Assembly (NCBI GenBank): GCA_031289975.1
Contig: JAITOM010000292.1
Location: 1 to 27,231, forward strand
DNA from: Methanobrevibacter sp.
Lineage (GTDB): Archaea; Methanobacteriota; Methanobacteria; Methanobacteriales; Methanobacteriaceae
DNA: 27,231 bases
Direction of reading: 5' to 3'
Position numbers and translations under genes: made by a program. Position 1 is the first letter of the stretch. Each line of letters starts with the position of its first letter. The notes under the pieces are model-generated. The model ran no database searches and was not told the origin of the DNA. It saw only the letters and a program-made list of their open reading frames with translations. Of this stretch, positions 9,716-18,478 are shown one piece after another.

Positions 9716-9723
9716 TTTTTGAT

Positions 9724-10066
9724 TATAGTGTATGAAATAATGTTTTTAAGTAAAGAAAAGCTTTGCTTTTCTAAATTTAAAAATATTAAATTTTTAAATT
9801 AAAGAAAAACTTCACTTTTCTAATTGAAATAAAAAATTTTAATAAAGAAAAACTTTGTTTTTCTAATTGAACAGGTTCAATAATGAAATCTTTTAAATTA
9901 TGTCATGAATGTTAAATTTTTAATTAAAAATATTATAATTATTATTTTTAAAAATAAAAGAGTAAAAATTATTATTTAAAAAATTAACTTAATATTAATT
10001 GAAATTATTTAAAAATAAGGTATTTGAAAATAAATGATTAATTACAAACATTTTTTAAGCACTATA
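9724..10066 (+). mobile_element. MITE family B, complete copy B2
   Basis: Runs from TA|TAGTGTATGAAATAATGTTTTTAAG to TTACAAACATTTTTTAAGCACTA|TA; contains three AGAAAA(A)C-NNN-G(T/C)TTTTCT-type subrepeats. Confidence 0.8.
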
Positions 10067-10192
10067 AAATTTCTATCTAAAATCTTATTTATACAATCCT
10101 CATTTTCAATCCAATTTTAAAAAAATAATTTTCTTAATATGACAGCATTAAACTTAATAAAAAATTTATCATTTTAAAATTTAAGGAATATA

Positions 10193-11116
10193 TTAAGATT
10201 TATTTTTTACTATAAAAATTTCACTAAATATTTTTTCTAATTTATCATTTAAATCAATGCTATTCTCTTCATGGGGAATTTTATAATATTCTAATATTTT
10301 ATCAAATTTTTTATATCCTTCATTTTCTCTTAATTCAATCCATTGTATATTATTTTCATCGAATTGTTTTTTATTCATTTCAGATAAAGCATCTGCCACA
10401 AATATTTCAGTTTTTCTTGCATGGATCACATCTGCTGATTCTGGATTGCCTTTTCCCGTTAATTTTATTTCACATCTATGTTCATGTTTATTATTGTCGA
10501 TTAAATAAAAATCAACTTCTCTAAGAGATTTTAGACCAACGAAAGAATAAAATTCCTTAGGAACAGAAAATAGTTCACATAAAACAATCATTAATGGTTT
10601 TTCTACATTTTTACCTATTTGACTCCATGCTCCACCACGAAAACCAGCTCTTCTTACAGCTAATGAATTTATAATAATTAAACTTTCATTAATATCTAAT
10701 TCTACACTAACCTCTTTAAATTTAATAGTTAAACTAATATTAATATCTCCACCATCTTTAATTAATCTATCTATGGAATTATAAAGTTCTGAATAATGTT
10801 CTAATGAAGCGGATAAAACAATTTCTTTAGCTGCTGAGTTATAAGTATTTGTTATTGTTTTCAAATTCAATCCAGTATTGTAAGCTATCTCCTCTTTATC
10901 AAGATTTTCATTTAAGAATTCTTTTTTATACCATTCGGAAGTAATATTTTCATTTTCAAGTTTAGCATTGACAATTTTTTTGAAAAATTCGATCGCATAA
11001 TCTAAAAATTTTGCATCGATAAATGTTTGAATTAAAGGTCTATGATTTTCATTATTTAATAATTTAATTATTATCCCTTTTGTTTGCTTGGTTATAGGTA
11101 ATTTATTCATAATCAC
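10193..11116 (-). CDS. Type II restriction endonuclease, CfrBI-like (start may be ATG 11110)
   Basis: PD-(D/E)xK core REVDFYL...RCEIKL followed by GKGNPESAD, and GGAWSQIGKNVEKPLM; recalled as the RE_CfrBI family. Start overlaps the MTase stop. Confidence 0.72.
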   Translation of the reverse strand: MIMNKLPITKQTKGIIIKLLNNENHRPLIQTFIDAKFLDYAIEFFKKIVNAKLENENITSEWYKKEFLNENLDKEEIAYNTGLNLKTITNTYNSAAKEIVLSASLEHYSELYNSIDRLIKDGGDINISLTIKFKEVSVELDINESLIIINSLAVRRAGFRGGAWSQIGKNVEKPLMIVLCELFSVPKEFYSFVGLKSLREVDFYLIDNNKHEHRCEIKLTGKGNPESADVIHARKTEIFVADALSEMNKKQFDENNIQWIELRENEGYKKFDKILEYYKIPHEENSIDLNDKLEKIFSEIFIVKNKS

Positions 11117-12450
11117 TGAATTTCTCCTTTAAATTGTGTCAAATTTATGAATTTTGGTTTTTTTATCTTATCTAAAGGTAATTCTACTAATTTTTCTTTG
11201 ATTCTGTTAAAATATTTTTCTTGAATTTCACTTAAAAAGAAATATCTTCCTAACTTTAAAGCAGATTTAGCTAAAGTTCCAGAGCCTGAAAAAGGATCAA
11301 AAACTAAATCTTTTTTATATGAATAATATTTAATCACTTTATCGCATAATTCTTCAGGAAAAACTGCTGGATGAATATCATCGTGATCAGGATTTATTTT
11401 CCACACATTAGTATGATCATATTCTCCTAAAACTTTGCTGGATTCAACAACTTCCTCGTCATATTGTTTTATATTCCAATCAATTAATCTTCCAGTATTT
11501 TTTCTATAAACCATTAAATATTCAGTTACAATGTTTGGTTTATATGCTAACGGTCGACGATGCTGAATAAAACCTCCAATTCTATTTTTTGCAGATCCTT
11601 CAGGTTTTAACCATATAATATCATCAACAAATTCCCATCCCATAGCCACTAATCTTGTGTGAATATCAAAGGGAATAGCATATCGTTTACTTGAATATTT
11701 TCTACCAGTTCGAGGCACAATAACGGGAGAAGTGTTTAATATAAAAAAACGTCCTTCTTTTGTTACTCTATATAACTCCTTAAAAACTTCAGAAAGAAAT
11801 TCTAAATATTCATTATAACTTTTATAAATAGAATAATCTCTTGCATTATAATATGGTGGGGATGTGAAAGATAAATGCATACTATCTTCGGGAATTAGTT
11901 TTAATACTTCTCTAACATCTCCATTAACTATCACATTCTTTAAAAAATCATGTGCTTCTAAGTAATTTTTATTGGTTTTCTTTGGGGGTGAGAGTTCTAT
12001 ATTAACAATTTCTTTAATAATTTCATTAGGATGATTCTTAACACTTTCAAAAGCATTAATCACGATTTTCCTGTTTTTAAAAGGTAATAATCCTCTAATT
12101 GCTTGTAATACAATTTTAGGATCATTATCATCCAATATTTTAATCAAAATAGGTATGATTTCTTCTGATTTCATTCTCCCTATTGTGGAAACACTTTCTC
12201 TCCTTACCATTGAACTTGGATCTTTCTCATATACTAATTTAGCAATATCTAAACATTCAATATCTTTTATTTTGCCTATATTTTTAATAGCTAAAAATCT
12301 TATATCTTTATTATTATGATGTAAATATGGTTTTAATATATTTGCATCAAAATTTGAATCTAATCTGCCTAACCCATTTAAGAAATTTTTGATTTCCTTG
12401 TCTGTAGGACTATTCTTTTTATCATTTGATTTTAATAATGTGGCTGTCAT
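11113..12450 (-). CDS. Beta-class amino DNA methyltransferase (probably m4C) with N-terminal HEAT repeats
   Basis: Motif IV FTSPPY precedes motif I VFDPFSGSGT, and HPAVFPEEL is present. Residues ~20-150 show HEAT-type helical repeats (DIRFLAIKNIGKI, MVRRESVSTIGRM, DDNDPKIVLQAIRGL). Confidence 0.9.
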   Translation of the reverse strand: MTATLLKSNDKKNSPTDKEIKNFLNGLGRLDSNFDANILKPYLHHNNKDIRFLAIKNIGKIKDIECLDIAKLVYEKDPSSMVRRESVSTIGRMKSEEIIPILIKILDDNDPKIVLQAIRGLLPFKNRKIVINAFESVKNHPNEIIKEIVNIELSPPKKTNKNYLEAHDFLKNVIVNGDVREVLKLIPEDSMHLSFTSPPYYNARDYSIYKSYNEYLEFLSEVFKELYRVTKEGRFFILNTSPVIVPRTGRKYSSKRYAIPFDIHTRLVAMGWEFVDDIIWLKPEGSAKNRIGGFIQHRRPLAYKPNIVTEYLMVYRKNTGRLIDWNIKQYDEEVVESSKVLGEYDHTNVWKINPDHDDIHPAVFPEELCDKVIKYYSYKKDLVFDPFSGSGTLAKSALKLGRYFFLSEIQEKYFNRIKEKLVELPLDKIKKPKFINLTQFKGEIQ

Positions 12451-12480
12451 ATTAAATCAACTTCTCATTCTGTAACAAAT

Positions 12481-12822
12481 TTAGCCCCCACCAATACCTG
12501 CACTTGAATCTATTTCTATCTCTTCAAAATCATTTGAAAATTCTTCTATATTTTTTTCTTCTTTATCTTCTTCAAATTTTGATTTTTTAACATCGTTTTC
12601 ATCTAAAAGTTCTAAAGAATCTGATAAATACCATAGTCCTGTTTTATCTATTTTTATCCAAAATTTATCCTGATTACTTACAGCAATCTTAGAATTTTTA
12701 TCAACACCATCTAAAGAAGAGTAATGAATAATATCTAAAACCTTTCCATTAACTCCAGTTCCAATATATCTTACAAAATCATCCTTTTTAATAGGTTTTT
12801 TTCTTATATCTATAGCTTCCAC
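12481..12822 (-). CDS. DUF2098-family archaeal conserved protein
   Basis: GTG start with GGGGGTG RBS; IDIRKKPIKKDDFVRYIGTGVNGKVLDI and TGLWYLSDSLE resemble the family; acidic tail. Confidence 0.7.
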   Translation of the reverse strand: MEAIDIRKKPIKKDDFVRYIGTGVNGKVLDIIHYSSLDGVDKNSKIAVSNQDKFWIKIDKTGLWYLSDSLELLDENDVKKSKFEEDKEEKNIEEFSNDFEEIEIDSSAGIGGG

Positions 12823-12961
12823 TAAAACACCCCCAATAAATAACTATTAGCAATAACTACTGTACTACCAAAATTACTATTAATTATTATTAATCATTAT
12901 TAATCATTATTAAGATCACTACATTTTTTTATCTTAGTATATCTTAATCTTTATTAGCTTA

Positions 12962-13189
12962 TTATTTCTCTAAATTAACATTTATATTAAGTAAAACATA
13001 ATCTCCTAAATTTTCAATATCATTATAAGAAATTATAATTTCCTTATTTGAAATAATATTTTTTTTATGGGAGACAATCAATTCCTGAATTTTTCCAGTA
13101 GATTGATCGAAATCAACATCTTCAACTTCACCAATAACTTTAGCACTTGTATCTACAACATTCATTCCTAATAAACCTTTTATCCTCAT
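12962..13189 (-). CDS. Stand-alone PRC-barrel domain protein (possible CdpB-type); start reset to ATG 13189
   Basis: MRIKGLLGMNVVDTSAKVIGEVEDVDFD...IENLGDYVLL is a typical PRC barrel; the AGGTGA RBS (13195-13200) fits ATG 13189. Confidence 0.85.
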   Translation of the reverse strand: MRIKGLLGMNVVDTSAKVIGEVEDVDFDQSTGKIQELIVSHKKNIISNKEIIISYNDIENLGDYVLLNINVNLEK

Positions 13190-13355
13190 TAAAATCACCT
13201 GTTTTTAATATAAATTCAAAATATATTTATTTTTATTTAAAAAGTTATTTATTTAATTTTATTAAAATTGGTGGGAAACAATCCTATTAAAGCTTTAGAA
13301 TATAACTTTTAATTTTCTATTTATTTTAGCTATACTGTATTTTTATTGCTCATAT

Positions 13356-16268
13356 TCAATTTACTAAATAATCATGCAAATCTTCTTTGACCGGAGTATG
13401 GAATTTTAACTTAAAATTAACTATTGGTAGCTCATTGTTGTCATCATCAGAAATCGTAGTTTCGTGGTGTTCTACAGGTTTCACTTGTCCCATATAATAA
13501 AAATCAGAACCTTCATTATCACTTTTTTTAATAAAGAAGTATATTTTTAGATTATTGTTTTCATGATTTTTTATTTCTATAACTTCTTTACTTTTTATAG
13601 TTAGTCTATTTCTGGTCATCCAACTAAATATTTCATCACTTTCAAATTCATCTTCATAGTTTGTACTACTTGAAATGTCTTCAGGTTTTTTATACTTAAC
13701 AAATATTGGACAGGTATCGTATTTGATTCTATATCCATATACTGTAGAACTATCATCCGTTTCCCAATTTAATATTCTGCAAACATCTTTTCTTGAATAT
13801 TTAGCATATAATTTAAGGTTAGTCTCTTCAGTACCATTATTAAAATATTCTTTTTTATATTTTAGTAAAGCATATCTAATCAAATCATTTACATGATTTG
13901 AATATGCTTTATTGTCTAAAAATCTTTTAAATTCTTCAGAAATTTTAAATTCATCTTTTTTAGACTCTTTTAAAAAGGAAGAAATATTTTCATATTTTTT
14001 CTTCTCATTATCTTTAATATAATTTAATTTAAGAAAATTGATAGCACTATTAATAGAATTTATATCATTAGATATATTATAATTTTTTATTAAACTATTA
14101 TGAACATCATGTATACTGAATGAATTCCTGTTTACTAAAAATTTTAAGATGAACAATTCGTGCGGCCTCTTTCCATTTGCTAACCACTTAGATAAGAACT
14201 TTAATGAATCACTTTCATCATCACTTAATTGTTCTTCGTAATCTTCATCAGCATATTGCAAAAATTCATAGTAATTAGAGATAGTACTATGATTTAAAAT
14301 TAGAATTGGATCTAAGTCTCCATTTTCATAAAAATCTATTAATTTTGGAATTTTACCTAATTTAAACTTGAGATTGAGATATTTTTCTTTGAAGAAACGT
14401 TTTTTTGAAAATGAAGCATCGTTTATTGATTTAAAAATTCTTTCTTTACTTATTTTATCAAAATTAATACTTGATGCTCCTGGAATAATCTTATTTCCTT
14501 CCATTAAGTAATGCCTCATATTATCTTTATCATATGATCTATCACCAGATAAAGCAATTGGAATCATGAAATTGTTATTATAATTTCCTATAAAATCTAA
14601 AATAACCACATATTCTTTATTTTTAAATTTTCTAAGTCCTCTTCCTAATTGTTGAATAAAAATAATTGGAGATTTTGTTGGTCTAACTAAAAGAACCTGA
14701 TTGATTTCAGGAATATCAACTCCTTCATTAAAAACATCAACTGTAAAAATATAATCAAGTTTATTTGTGTTTTCATCGTTGGTCAGTCTATAAATAGCTT
14801 CTTCTCGCTCTTTTTGTGAGTTTTCGCCAGTTAAATAAGCTGTAGAGTATCCCCATTCATTGAATTTTTTAGATAAAATTTTTGCTTCTTCTTTTCTGCT
14901 ACAAAAAACAAGAGCTTTAATTCTATCCCCCGAATGCCCATAGAACTCTGATTTTTGAATTAAATAATCCACTCTTTTATTAGAAGCCAAATATTGAAAG
15001 TCTGAAAGGTTATCTTCATTAACTATTCCATCAATTTCAAAGTCTGATATTCCAAAATAATGGAAAGGACATAATAAATCTTCTTCTAAAGCTTCTTTAA
15101 GCCTAATTTCATGAGCTATATTATTATCAAATAATTCATAAATGTTAAAATCATCCATCCTATCTGGAGATGCGGTCATGCCCAGCCAGAATTTTGGTTT
15201 AAAGTGAGACATGATTTTTTGATAACTTGAAGCTCCAGCTTTATGAACTTCATCAATAACAATGAAATCAAATTCTTTGCTTTTATATGATGAGTAAATA
15301 TTATCTTTAGACATGGTTTGGATAGTTGAAAATAAATAATTAGCATTTTTGTCTTTAGAGTTTCCAGAAAGCAAACCAAATACTTTTGAATCTTTGAAAA
15401 CTTTTTTATATGAACTTATAGATTGTTTAGCTATTTGCTCTCTATGAACTAAGAATAAAAATTTTTTTGGATTAAAATCTTTAACAGCGAAAGCAGAAGC
15501 GTAAGTTTTTCCAGTACCTGTAGCAGATATTAACAGAGCTCGTTTTTTTCCGTTATGAGTCAAATTTCTAACTTTTTCTAAGAAATTTTCTTGCATTGAA
15601 TTAGGTATTAAGTTTATAGAATTGTTTTTCTCAATTTCATCTTCAGTAATTTCTTTAATCTTTTCAAAACGTTTAATATTATTATAAATTATTTCATAAC
15701 TTGGTAAAATTTCATCCACATCTTTTGAAAGTTTCCATAACTCCCAAAATTCAGAAAAAATGTTACTTAGAATTTCACCATCATTAAAAGAAGTAAACAT
15801 AATATTCCATTCTTTATTAACCGTTAGTGCATTCAATGTAAGATTAGAACTTCCAACTATTGCTTTATATAAGTTTTTCTTTCGAAATATATATGCTTTT
15901 GTATGAAAACCATTTTTTTCTTGAGGGTAAATTTTAATTTCTATGTTAGACATTGAATCTAACTTTTTAATAGCATCAGGCTCTGTAAAATTTAAATAAT
16001 CTGTGGTTAAAATTTTTCCTTTAATTCCTCTCTTATTTAAGTCATAAAAAACTTGTAATAAAGGAGTTAACCCCCCATTTGTTATAAACGCTGTGCTAAT
16101 AAAAAATTCATCACATTTTTCTAATTCATCCCTTATAGAATTTATAACTTTAGTTTTAGTATTAAAGTTATTAGAAACAAAAATAGGTTTATAAAGCCAT
16201 TTAGATTCCGTATTTTTATCAATAAATGCTGTTTTCGCACCATCAATTATATCCTCATAATATCTCAT
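13356..16268 (-). CDS. PLD nuclease-SF2 helicase-DUF3427 protein; SauUSI-like Type IV (modification-dependent) restriction enzyme
   Basis: 970 aa: PLD FHTKAY...GSSNLT; helicase SATGTGKT, DEVH, TASPDR and QQLGRGLR; C-terminal YSRKDVCRILNW...FSWMTR...YFFIKK...FYYMG (DUF3427-like). A Nudix gene lies directly upstream. Confidence 0.8.
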   Translation of the reverse strand: MRYYEDIIDGAKTAFIDKNTESKWLYKPIFVSNNFNTKTKVINSIRDELEKCDEFFISTAFITNGGLTPLLQVFYDLNKRGIKGKILTTDYLNFTEPDAIKKLDSMSNIEIKIYPQEKNGFHTKAYIFRKKNLYKAIVGSSNLTLNALTVNKEWNIMFTSFNDGEILSNIFSEFWELWKLSKDVDEILPSYEIIYNNIKRFEKIKEITEDEIEKNNSINLIPNSMQENFLEKVRNLTHNGKKRALLISATGTGKTYASAFAVKDFNPKKFLFLVHREQIAKQSISSYKKVFKDSKVFGLLSGNSKDKNANYLFSTIQTMSKDNIYSSYKSKEFDFIVIDEVHKAGASSYQKIMSHFKPKFWLGMTASPDRMDDFNIYELFDNNIAHEIRLKEALEEDLLCPFHYFGISDFEIDGIVNEDNLSDFQYLASNKRVDYLIQKSEFYGHSGDRIKALVFCSRKEEAKILSKKFNEWGYSTAYLTGENSQKEREEAIYRLTNDENTNKLDYIFTVDVFNEGVDIPEINQVLLVRPTKSPIIFIQQLGRGLRKFKNKEYVVILDFIGNYNNNFMIPIALSGDRSYDKDNMRHYLMEGNKIIPGASSINFDKISKERIFKSINDASFSKKRFFKEKYLNLKFKLGKIPKLIDFYENGDLDPILILNHSTISNYYEFLQYADEDYEEQLSDDESDSLKFLSKWLANGKRPHELFILKFLVNRNSFSIHDVHNSLIKNYNISNDINSINSAINFLKLNYIKDNEKKKYENISSFLKESKKDEFKISEEFKRFLDNKAYSNHVNDLIRYALLKYKKEYFNNGTEETNLKLYAKYSRKDVCRILNWETDDSSTVYGYRIKYDTCPIFVKYKKPEDISSSTNYEDEFESDEIFSWMTRNRLTIKSKEVIEIKNHENNNLKIYFFIKKSDNEGSDFYYMGQVKPVEHHETTISDDDNNELPIVNFKLKFHTPVKEDLHDYLVN

Positions 16269-16283
16269 ATAGTCACCATGATA

Positions 16284-16673
16284 TTACCATTTCTTATTTT
16301 TAAGATAATTGATTATTTTAATATCTGCGGGAATCCATTTAACAGAATCTAATTCATTTTTAGATAACCATCTCGCATCTTTATGCTCTGTAAGTTTAAT
16401 AGTTCCTTCTTTAATATTACATTCATAACAATACATATATAAGTAAAAATCAGGATATTGACATGCTAAATCCAAAGCAAATTTTTCAATATTAACAATG
16501 ATGTTTAATTCTTCATTGATTTCCCTTATTAGTGCTTCTTCTTTAGTTTCATTTTTTTCAATTTTCCCACCAGGAAATTCCCAAAGATTAATAAAACCCC
16601 CATATCCTCGTTTAGTAGCTAAAATCTTTTTATTTTCTTTAATAATTGCTGCCACAACATTTAATTCTTTCAT
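16284..16673 (-). CDS. MutT-like Nudix (d)NTP pyrophosphohydrolase
   Basis: Nudix box WEFPGGKIEKNETKEEALIREINEELNI; 15 bp from the Type IV gene start. Confidence 0.92.
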   Translation of the reverse strand: MKELNVVAAIIKENKKILATKRGYGGFINLWEFPGGKIEKNETKEEALIREINEELNIIVNIEKFALDLACQYPDFYLYMYCYECNIKEGTIKLTEHKDARWLSKNELDSVKWIPADIKIINYLKNKKW

Positions 16674-16837
16674 AATATCTCCAATGAACTGCTAATTCCA
16701 AAAAATTTGAGGCAAACAACTGCGAAACATGTTCATACCAGTTTCTTAAGATGGCAACATATTTTCATGATTTAAAATTTCAGATGCCATGATAAAATTT
16801 ATGTAAATATTATATATAAATTTTTGCAATTGATAAT

Positions 16838-16957
16838 CGATGCTGTCAACTTAAGAAAATTATTTTTTTAAACTTGGATTTAAATTAAAAATGGAGTTTA
16901 TATAGATAAAATTTTTAGTAGACATTTTAATCACCAGCTCTTAAGTTGACATCATTG
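16838..16957 (+). mobile_element. 120-bp MITE with IS4/IS231-like ends
   Basis: TIRs CGATGCTGTCAACTTAAG vs reverse-complemented CAATGATGTCAACTTAAG (16/18); flanks AATTGATAAT (16828-16837) and AATTGATAAG (16958-16967) form a 10-bp TSD with one mismatch. Confidence 0.82.
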
Positions 16958-17116
16958 AATTGATAAGTAAAAATGAGCGTTGATTTCAATACAACAACTT
17001 AAGAGCTTATAATTACTACATTGAATACTTAGACACTTCTTATCAAGATAAAGCAAAAACCACAGGATATATAAATGTTATCTATAATGATATTCTTAAT
17101 TTAACATTAACTGCCA

Positions 17117-17341
17117 CTAAATAGATGATGTCTTTAAATTTAATCTTAAAACATGCTTGAATAAAACTGTAAAAAAAAGATGATTTTTATAATTGAATTC
17201 ATTTTTATCCTTATTTTTACCGCTTATATGATTATTAGAAGATGTATAAAGCGTTTCACCACAACTATTACATATATAACTCTGAACATCATATTCATAT
17301 TTATCATCATCTTTTTTTACTAATTTTCTGCTACTTATATC
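17117..17341 (-). pseudogene. Startless ORF fragment with a CxxC motif, possibly a transposase zinc-ribbon remnant
   Basis: Stop-free reading DISSRKLVKKDDDKYEYDVQSYICNSCGETLYTS...; abuts the family E end at 17347. Confidence 0.3.
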
Positions 17342-17346
17342 TCATT

Positions 17347-17410
17347 GGCGCTGTAAAAGAGGATGGATTTTAACAAATGAATTAAGAAATTAAGCTAAAG
17401 TTTGATGAGA
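17347..17410 (+). mobile_element. Family E (IS6-like) MITE left portion, degenerate (E3)
   Basis: GGCGCTGTAAAAGAGGATGGATTTTAACAAATGAATTAAGAAATTAAGCTAAAGTTTGATG aligns to the E1 TIR and its first ~60 bp. Confidence 0.6.
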
Positions 17411-17472
17411 TGAGCTTCTTCTAAAAAGAGTCCATCAACAAAAAATTTTAGACACTATCCAAACAAAACAAA

Positions 17473-18387
17473 TTATTTTAATAAAACAACTCTGCTTACT
17501 TCAGATTGATCAATCACTTTTCTACCTATCTCATCAGCTATTTTTGATGCAAAATCAAGAACCTCATAATGTTCTGGCATATTATCAAGAGTTAATCTTT
17601 CTCGTGAATATCCAACACACATATATCCTTTAATCTCAATATAATCAGGATCCGCTATTTTTATTAACTTACCATAATTTTCTATATTCCCCATATTTTT
17701 TCCTTTAACAGAAGTTATTCTAATAACCCTTCTACAATTAAAACTTGGTAAATATTCAAGACTATTCATTAACTTATTCCAAGCATTATTTATTTGAGGG
17801 TTACAAAGTGACTTGTATGTTTTTTCACTGTCTCCATCGAGGGAAACATATAACTGTGTTGGTTCACTTTCAAGATTTTTTAATTTCTCACTTAAAAGAC
17901 CATTTGTTACAAGAAAAGTTGTGAAATTTCTCTTTTTAAATTCCTCAATTAAACCATTTATCTCAGGATAAATTGTAGGTTCTCCAGCTAATGAAATAGC
18001 AGCATTGTTTGGTTGGCAAGACTCAGATAATTTTGTCTTATTTGCTTTATCATTACCAAAAAATCCACAAAGTAAGTCGTTTTGGGATTTTATACAATCA
18101 TCAATTATTGTTTTTGGATCATCGTATTCACAATCCCATTGAATCTTTGTAAGAGATAGATCTCTCCAACAAAATGAACATTTTTGATAACAAAAAGGAA
18201 TGGCTGGTGACATTTGTAAACATCTATGGCTTTCAATACCATAAAATCTTTGTTTATAGCATTCACCTTGATTTAAAATGCTTTTTTTAGTCCAATGGCA
18301 TATTTTAACTCCAGCATGAGAATGTTTACCAGCAAATCTATAACCACTATGTTCCATTTTCTTTTGTTCTTCTATATTCAATACCAT
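17473..18387 (-). CDS. tyw1: 4-demethylwyosine synthase (radical SAM, Taw1/Tyw1)
   Basis: HAGVKICHWTKKS, CYKQRFYGIESHRCLQMSP, CYQKCSFCWR (CxxxCxxC), AISLAGEPT and IEIKGYMCVGYSR. Confidence 0.95.
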   Translation of the reverse strand: MVLNIEEQKKMEHSGYRFAGKHSHAGVKICHWTKKSILNQGECYKQRFYGIESHRCLQMSPAIPFCYQKCSFCWRDLSLTKIQWDCEYDDPKTIIDDCIKSQNDLLCGFFGNDKANKTKLSESCQPNNAAISLAGEPTIYPEINGLIEEFKKRNFTTFLVTNGLLSEKLKNLESEPTQLYVSLDGDSEKTYKSLCNPQINNAWNKLMNSLEYLPSFNCRRVIRITSVKGKNMGNIENYGKLIKIADPDYIEIKGYMCVGYSRERLTLDNMPEHYEVLDFASKIADEIGRKVIDQSEVSRVVLLK

Positions 18388-18478
18388 TTAATCCCTACAT
18401 ATGATATTATGGTAAGCAGATTATAAAATATTCTCTCCCAAATTTATCTTTAATTAAGTAAATTTATTTAATTTATAT

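Noticed and set aside
12860-12915. TATTAATCAT-type tandem repeats upstream of DUF2098
   Set aside because: A simple low-complexity slippage repeat, expected in such AT-rich DNA.
16680-16795. Slightly GC-richer stretch upstream of the Nudix gene with a short open frame (KYVAILRNWYEHV...)
   Set aside because: No start codon or RBS, no motif, and it overlaps the Nudix start; it cannot be assigned.
9696-16957. IS4-like ends bracketing the whole restriction region as a composite transposon or MIC231-like cassette
   Set aside because: The outer flanks (AACTTAATAA vs AATTGATAAG) do not match. The right end already pairs with 16838 and has its own TSD, and the interval includes genes that look like core archaeal genes.
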